NCBI GenBank assembly: GCA_046757025.1
Contig: JBHHXN010000100.1
Coordinates: 1-18,801 of the forward strand
DNA: 18,801 nucleotides
Direction: 5' to 3'
Origin: a bacterium
GTDB lineage: Bacteria; Zhuqueibacterota; Zhuqueibacteria; Oceanimicrobiales; Oceanimicrobiaceae
Each line of letters begins with the position of its first letter. Within the stretch, counting starts at the first letter, position 1. Shown here piece after piece: positions 15,857 through 18,801 of the stretch. The notes below the pieces were generated by a model. The model worked only from the letters and a program-made list of their open reading frames with translations. It did no database searches and was not told the origin of the DNA. The translations under genes were made by a program, and so were the position numbers.

Positions 15857-17044
15857 TTAAAGAATTCGCTTGGCTTTGCGAAAGGTTTTAAATCGATATT
15901 CATTGAACAGCGGATGCGTTTTGTCCAGACTGTTGACGTGCACAGAACCAGAAGAATGAATATAAAATTGCTCGCCCATGTAAATGCCGCAATGGGTGAT
16001 GCGGCTGGAGTCGGGTCCGAAAAACAACAGATCGCCGGGCAGGAGATTTTCAAAATGATCGCCGGTCTGAATGTTTCGGCCTTCGCGGGCGATTTGACTG
16101 GCGTCGCGCGGCAGGGCCAGGTTGTTTAGTTTAAAAACGGTTTGCACAAAACCCGAACAGTCGAATCCTTTGGCCGAGGTCCCGCCCCACAAATACGGCA
16201 CCCCTAAAAAGCGTTTGGAAGTGCGGATGATATTTTCTCGGGCGGGAGGCATCTTTCTAACCGATTCTTCTTCCGCCACCAAATCGCTGTCAACGTATCC
16301 GACTCGGCCGTCCGGCGTTTCGACTTTGTACCAGTTGTAGCCTTTTTCTAATCGCTTTAAAAGCGCGCCTGGCACTAAATCCACCAGGAAATCGTCAGAG
16401 GCGCCGGACTGGCTGCGCACCTGACCGTAATTGGAAACGCACATCACCTGCGGGGCATTTTGCCATTTCAGCGCGCTGACATAATCCGTGGTCACCAGCG
16501 AGCTTTTGTTGACCCAGCCCAAATAACGGTCCCAATTCTGTACGTAATAAAATCCGCGTTTCTCTTTGTAAATGCGAACAACTGTACCGAGCAGGGATTG
16601 TGTTACCAGCTCTGCCTGGTATTTGGGCTGGCGGCGCAAATTTGCCACGCTGATGTTCACGATGCCAAAAGCCCGATCTTTTACGCCGGCTTCCGGCAGC
16701 ACCACGATGCTGTCCACAAGCGCCACCTCTCCGGCGGCCTGATGCAGGGAATCCAGTACGATGGCTGGCAGATCGCGGTTGAGCACTTCGCCGGTGACAA
16801 CGATCTGGTCACCTTGCGACTTCAATTGAATTTCATAGACATCCAGTCTTTTGTCCGGCACGTATTGTTTGCCAACTCGATCAGCCACCGCCTGTAGATT
16901 TTTTAAATTAACCGCAGGTTCTTTGCGACAGGCGCTGTTGAATACAGCCAGGATCGCAAACGTCACAAGTAGATATTTGATAGTAAGCCTGAATTCAAAG
17001 CCGTTTGTTTTACTTGAACTAAAACGTTTGCAAAGGTGAATCAT
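15857..17044 (-). CDS. NlpC/P60 (C40) gamma-D-glutamyl peptidase with SH3-like domains, YkfC-like, probable lipoprotein
   Basis: Motifs FLGVPYLWGGTSAKGFDCSGFV (catalytic Cys), LPRDASQ, PGDLLFF, THCGIY and YIHSS, with two SH3b-like segments and LAVFNSAC (lipobox-like). Start set at ATG 17044 from GGAGG spacing; the track gives GTG 17050. Confidence 0.93.
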   Translation of the reverse strand: MIHLCKRFSSSKTNGFEFRLTIKYLLVTFAILAVFNSACRKEPAVNLKNLQAVADRVGKQYVPDKRLDVYEIQLKSQGDQIVVTGEVLNRDLPAIVLDSLHQAAGEVALVDSIVVLPEAGVKDRAFGIVNISVANLRRQPKYQAELVTQSLLGTVVRIYKEKRGFYYVQNWDRYLGWVNKSSLVTTDYVSALKWQNAPQVMCVSNYGQVRSQSGASDDFLVDLVPGALLKRLEKGYNWYKVETPDGRVGYVDSDLVAEEESVRKMPPARENIIRTSKRFLGVPYLWGGTSAKGFDCSGFVQTVFKLNNLALPRDASQIAREGRNIQTGDHFENLLPGDLLFFGPDSSRITHCGIYMGEQFYIHSSGSVHVNSLDKTHPLFNEYRFKTFRKAKRIL

Positions 17045-17169
17045 TTTCACACCTCCAGAAATATTTTTAGACTGATTTTAGTATTGAAATCGAAGCTAAT
17101 TGTTTTTGTCATTTAAGCAGTCTTAAAGCCAACTAATAGAACGTTTCCTAATTAATGTTACAACAAATT

Positions 17170-17264
17170 GTCATTGCGAGTCCCGCGTTTTGTGCGGGAC
17201 GAAGCAATCTCCTAACTTGCTGAATATCAGGAGATTGCTTCGTCGTTACACTCCTCGCAATGAC
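17170..17264. repeat. REP doublet (REPIN-like palindrome)
   Basis: GTCATTGCGAG-TCCCGC gttttgt GCGGGA-CGAAGCAATCTCCT ... AGGAGATTGCTTCG-tcgttacactc-CTCGCAATGAC: perfect 11-bp outer and 14-bp inner inverted repeats just downstream of the SDR stop. Confidence 0.85.
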
Positions 17265-17290
17265 TGCAATGATAATAAGGAATCGCACTA

Positions 17291-18061
17291 CTAAATATTC
17301 GACCGCGACTGGCAGCCGTCCACGTTGATGCAGGCACCTGTGACGAGACTGGCCCGTTCGGATGCCAGAAACACCACCACATCGGCGATTTCTTCCGGCC
17401 GGCCAAATCGTCCAAGCGGTAAATCCGTTTTGATGAAAGCAGCGATTTTCTCTGGTTCGGCTTTTTGCTTGCGTTCCCAACTGCCTCCGGGAAACAGGGT
17501 AGAGCCCGGCGCCACCGAATTCACTCGAATGTTTTTGGGAGCGAGCTCTTGCGCCAGGGATTTCACCAGACTGATTTCCGCCGCTTTGCCGGCGTTATAG
17601 GTGATGTGTCCGCCGCTCTCCCTCCCGTAGATGGATGAAATCATGATGATCACACCGCCGCCCTGCTGCAGCATGGTCGGAATCGCCAGCCGGCTCATGC
17701 GTGCCGCAGAAACCGCATTCAGATCCAGCAGCTCGTGCCACTCCTCATCAGTGAGCTCCAGAGTTGGCGTCTTGCGGCTGCCGCCGACGTTGTTCACCAG
17801 CACGTCGATGCGGCCGTATCTGTCCAGCGTCTCCTTCACAAGCGCTTCGGCCTGGACGCTTTGGGTGACGTCAGTGGGACGGGCGAACACTTCGGCTCCA
17901 AGCGCTTTGATCTCACTGGCTGCGGATTCGAGGGTCGCCGGCGTTCTGCCGCAGATGCTCAGCCGCGCTCCCTCTGCTGCGAACCCCAGCGCGATGGCTT
18001 TGCCGATGCCGCGGCTGGCGCCGGTGATGAGCACGACTTTGTTTTTTAGGTTAAGATCCAA
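17291..18061 (-). CDS. short-chain dehydrogenase/reductase (SDR), FabG-like family
   Basis: Motifs TGASRGIG, DVLVNNVG, ISS, YNAGK (YxxxK), IRVNSVAPG and PLGRFGRPEEIA. TTG start with an AGAGGA RBS. Confidence 0.95.
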   Translation of the reverse strand: MDLNLKNKVVLITGASRGIGKAIALGFAAEGARLSICGRTPATLESAASEIKALGAEVFARPTDVTQSVQAEALVKETLDRYGRIDVLVNNVGGSRKTPTLELTDEEWHELLDLNAVSAARMSRLAIPTMLQQGGGVIIMISSIYGRESGGHITYNAGKAAEISLVKSLAQELAPKNIRVNSVAPGSTLFPGGSWERKQKAEPEKIAAFIKTDLPLGRFGRPEEIADVVVFLASERASLVTGACINVDGCQSRSNI

Positions 18062-18079
18062 AATATCCTCTTCTTACGC

Positions 18080-18445
18080 TTATGGTTTCGACTTGACCTC
18101 GCCGGTTCGAATCCACTCGGAAAGCTTTTTTCGAATTTGGCTAAGTCGTTTGTGAGAGATTTGACCTATCGGTCCAACCAGAATGTCATTGGAGACGACA
18201 GCGAGTCTCGTGACTCGAACAACACTTTCGCTTTTCAAACCACTCTTCCTGAAGTCGTTAGCGTCTGAGGCAATTAGTTCATCCAGCTCCTCAATAAACT
18301 GATGTACTTTTGATGAAATCATACAAATGAGCCAATCGCCGTACCGATTTGGTAAACGTGCCAGCAACAAAACCGGACGAAGCTTCCCGTCAGCTAGATC
18401 GGTTTTCGGAAAACGTAACAGAGCGATTTGACCGGCTTCTTTCAT
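18080..18445 (-). CDS. type II toxin, PemK/MazF family
   Basis: GQIALLRFPKTDLADGKLRPVLLL...ICMISS...GLKSESVVRVTRL...IGQIS fits the PemK-like fold. ATG 18445 overlaps the antitoxin stop (ATGA). Confidence 0.88.
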   Translation of the reverse strand: MKEAGQIALLRFPKTDLADGKLRPVLLLARLPNRYGDWLICMISSKVHQFIEELDELIASDANDFRKSGLKSESVVRVTRLAVVSNDILVGPIGQISHKRLSQIRKKLSEWIRTGEVKSKP

Positions 18446-18669
18446 TGCCACTTTTCTATAAGGTCGCTTTCGGTGTAAGTAGGTCCGTTCGCGTCCTCTT
18501 CAAGGTCGCGAAGCGCCGAAGCCAGGGAAAGGTCAAACCATTCCAAATCCTCTTGTCTGGCCTGCTGCCTCTTTTTGCTTAGCAGAAACTCGACAAAATT
18601 GAGAACCTCTTTGCGTGATGGCTCCGGGAGTTGTTGAATTTGTTTGCTTAGTTTTTGTGCGGTTGTCAT
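18442..18669 (-). CDS. putative antitoxin, DUF2281 domain
   Basis: IQQLPEPSRKEVLNFVEFLLSK is a DUF2281-type motif, followed by an acidic C-terminal tail. AGGAG RBS before ATG 18669. Coupled to the toxin gene. Confidence 0.8.
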   Translation of the reverse strand: MTTAQKLSKQIQQLPEPSRKEVLNFVEFLLSKKRQQARQEDLEWFDLSLASALRDLEEDANGPTYTESDLIEKWQ

Positions 18670-18801
18670 GCCCTTTCTCCTTTGTACCAAATCTTTTCGA
18701 CTAGATCATAATATGTGGATTTAGCTGTTGACTTACAAAATCGTTTTTCAATTTTCGATAATACCTAATTATAATGAAAATAATCAATTAATATCTCAAT
18801 A

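Noticed and set aside
17148..17480. ORFs ending in ...VIARSVTTKQS...RLLRPAQNAGLAMT
   Set aside because: This is translation of the REP doublet plus an alternative frame of the SDR gene.

Overview
Bacterial chromosomal window (gene content and repeats suggest a Gram-negative lineage such as KSB1/Calditrichota; this is inference only) with five blocks. (1) 1-1420: an AT-rich minus-strand pair of lipoprotein genes (partial S41/PDZ peptidase, SnoaL-like ester cyclase) bounded by an attC-like hairpin and an attI-like site, with no integrase, i.e. a possible orphan integron cassette array. (2) 2089-8349: an uncharacterised redox cluster with two different enzymes each fused to an N-terminal Rieske [2Fe-2S] domain (FMN-binding glutamate-synthase-family protein; TPP/FAD pyruvate-oxidase-like protein), plus a YtxJ/BrxC monothiol redoxin, a DUF427-like protein, a DUF5996-like protein and a convergent Cys-containing TetR. 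This is the best candidate for an undescribed system. (3) 8757-14066: a single-POTRA Omp85 gene translationally coupled to DUF4390, an NtrY-like kinase and an NtrX-like sigma54 regulator. (4) 14450-17044: a murein-peptide recycling pair (NlpC/P60 peptidase, L-Ala-D/L-Glu epimerase). (5) 17291-18669: a DUF2281/PemK-like toxin-antitoxin pair running into an SDR gene. Many of the large intergenic gaps hold nested-palindrome MITE/REP-type elements, one of them in two copies 11.5 kb apart. Family assignments come from motif recognition by eye, not database searches.
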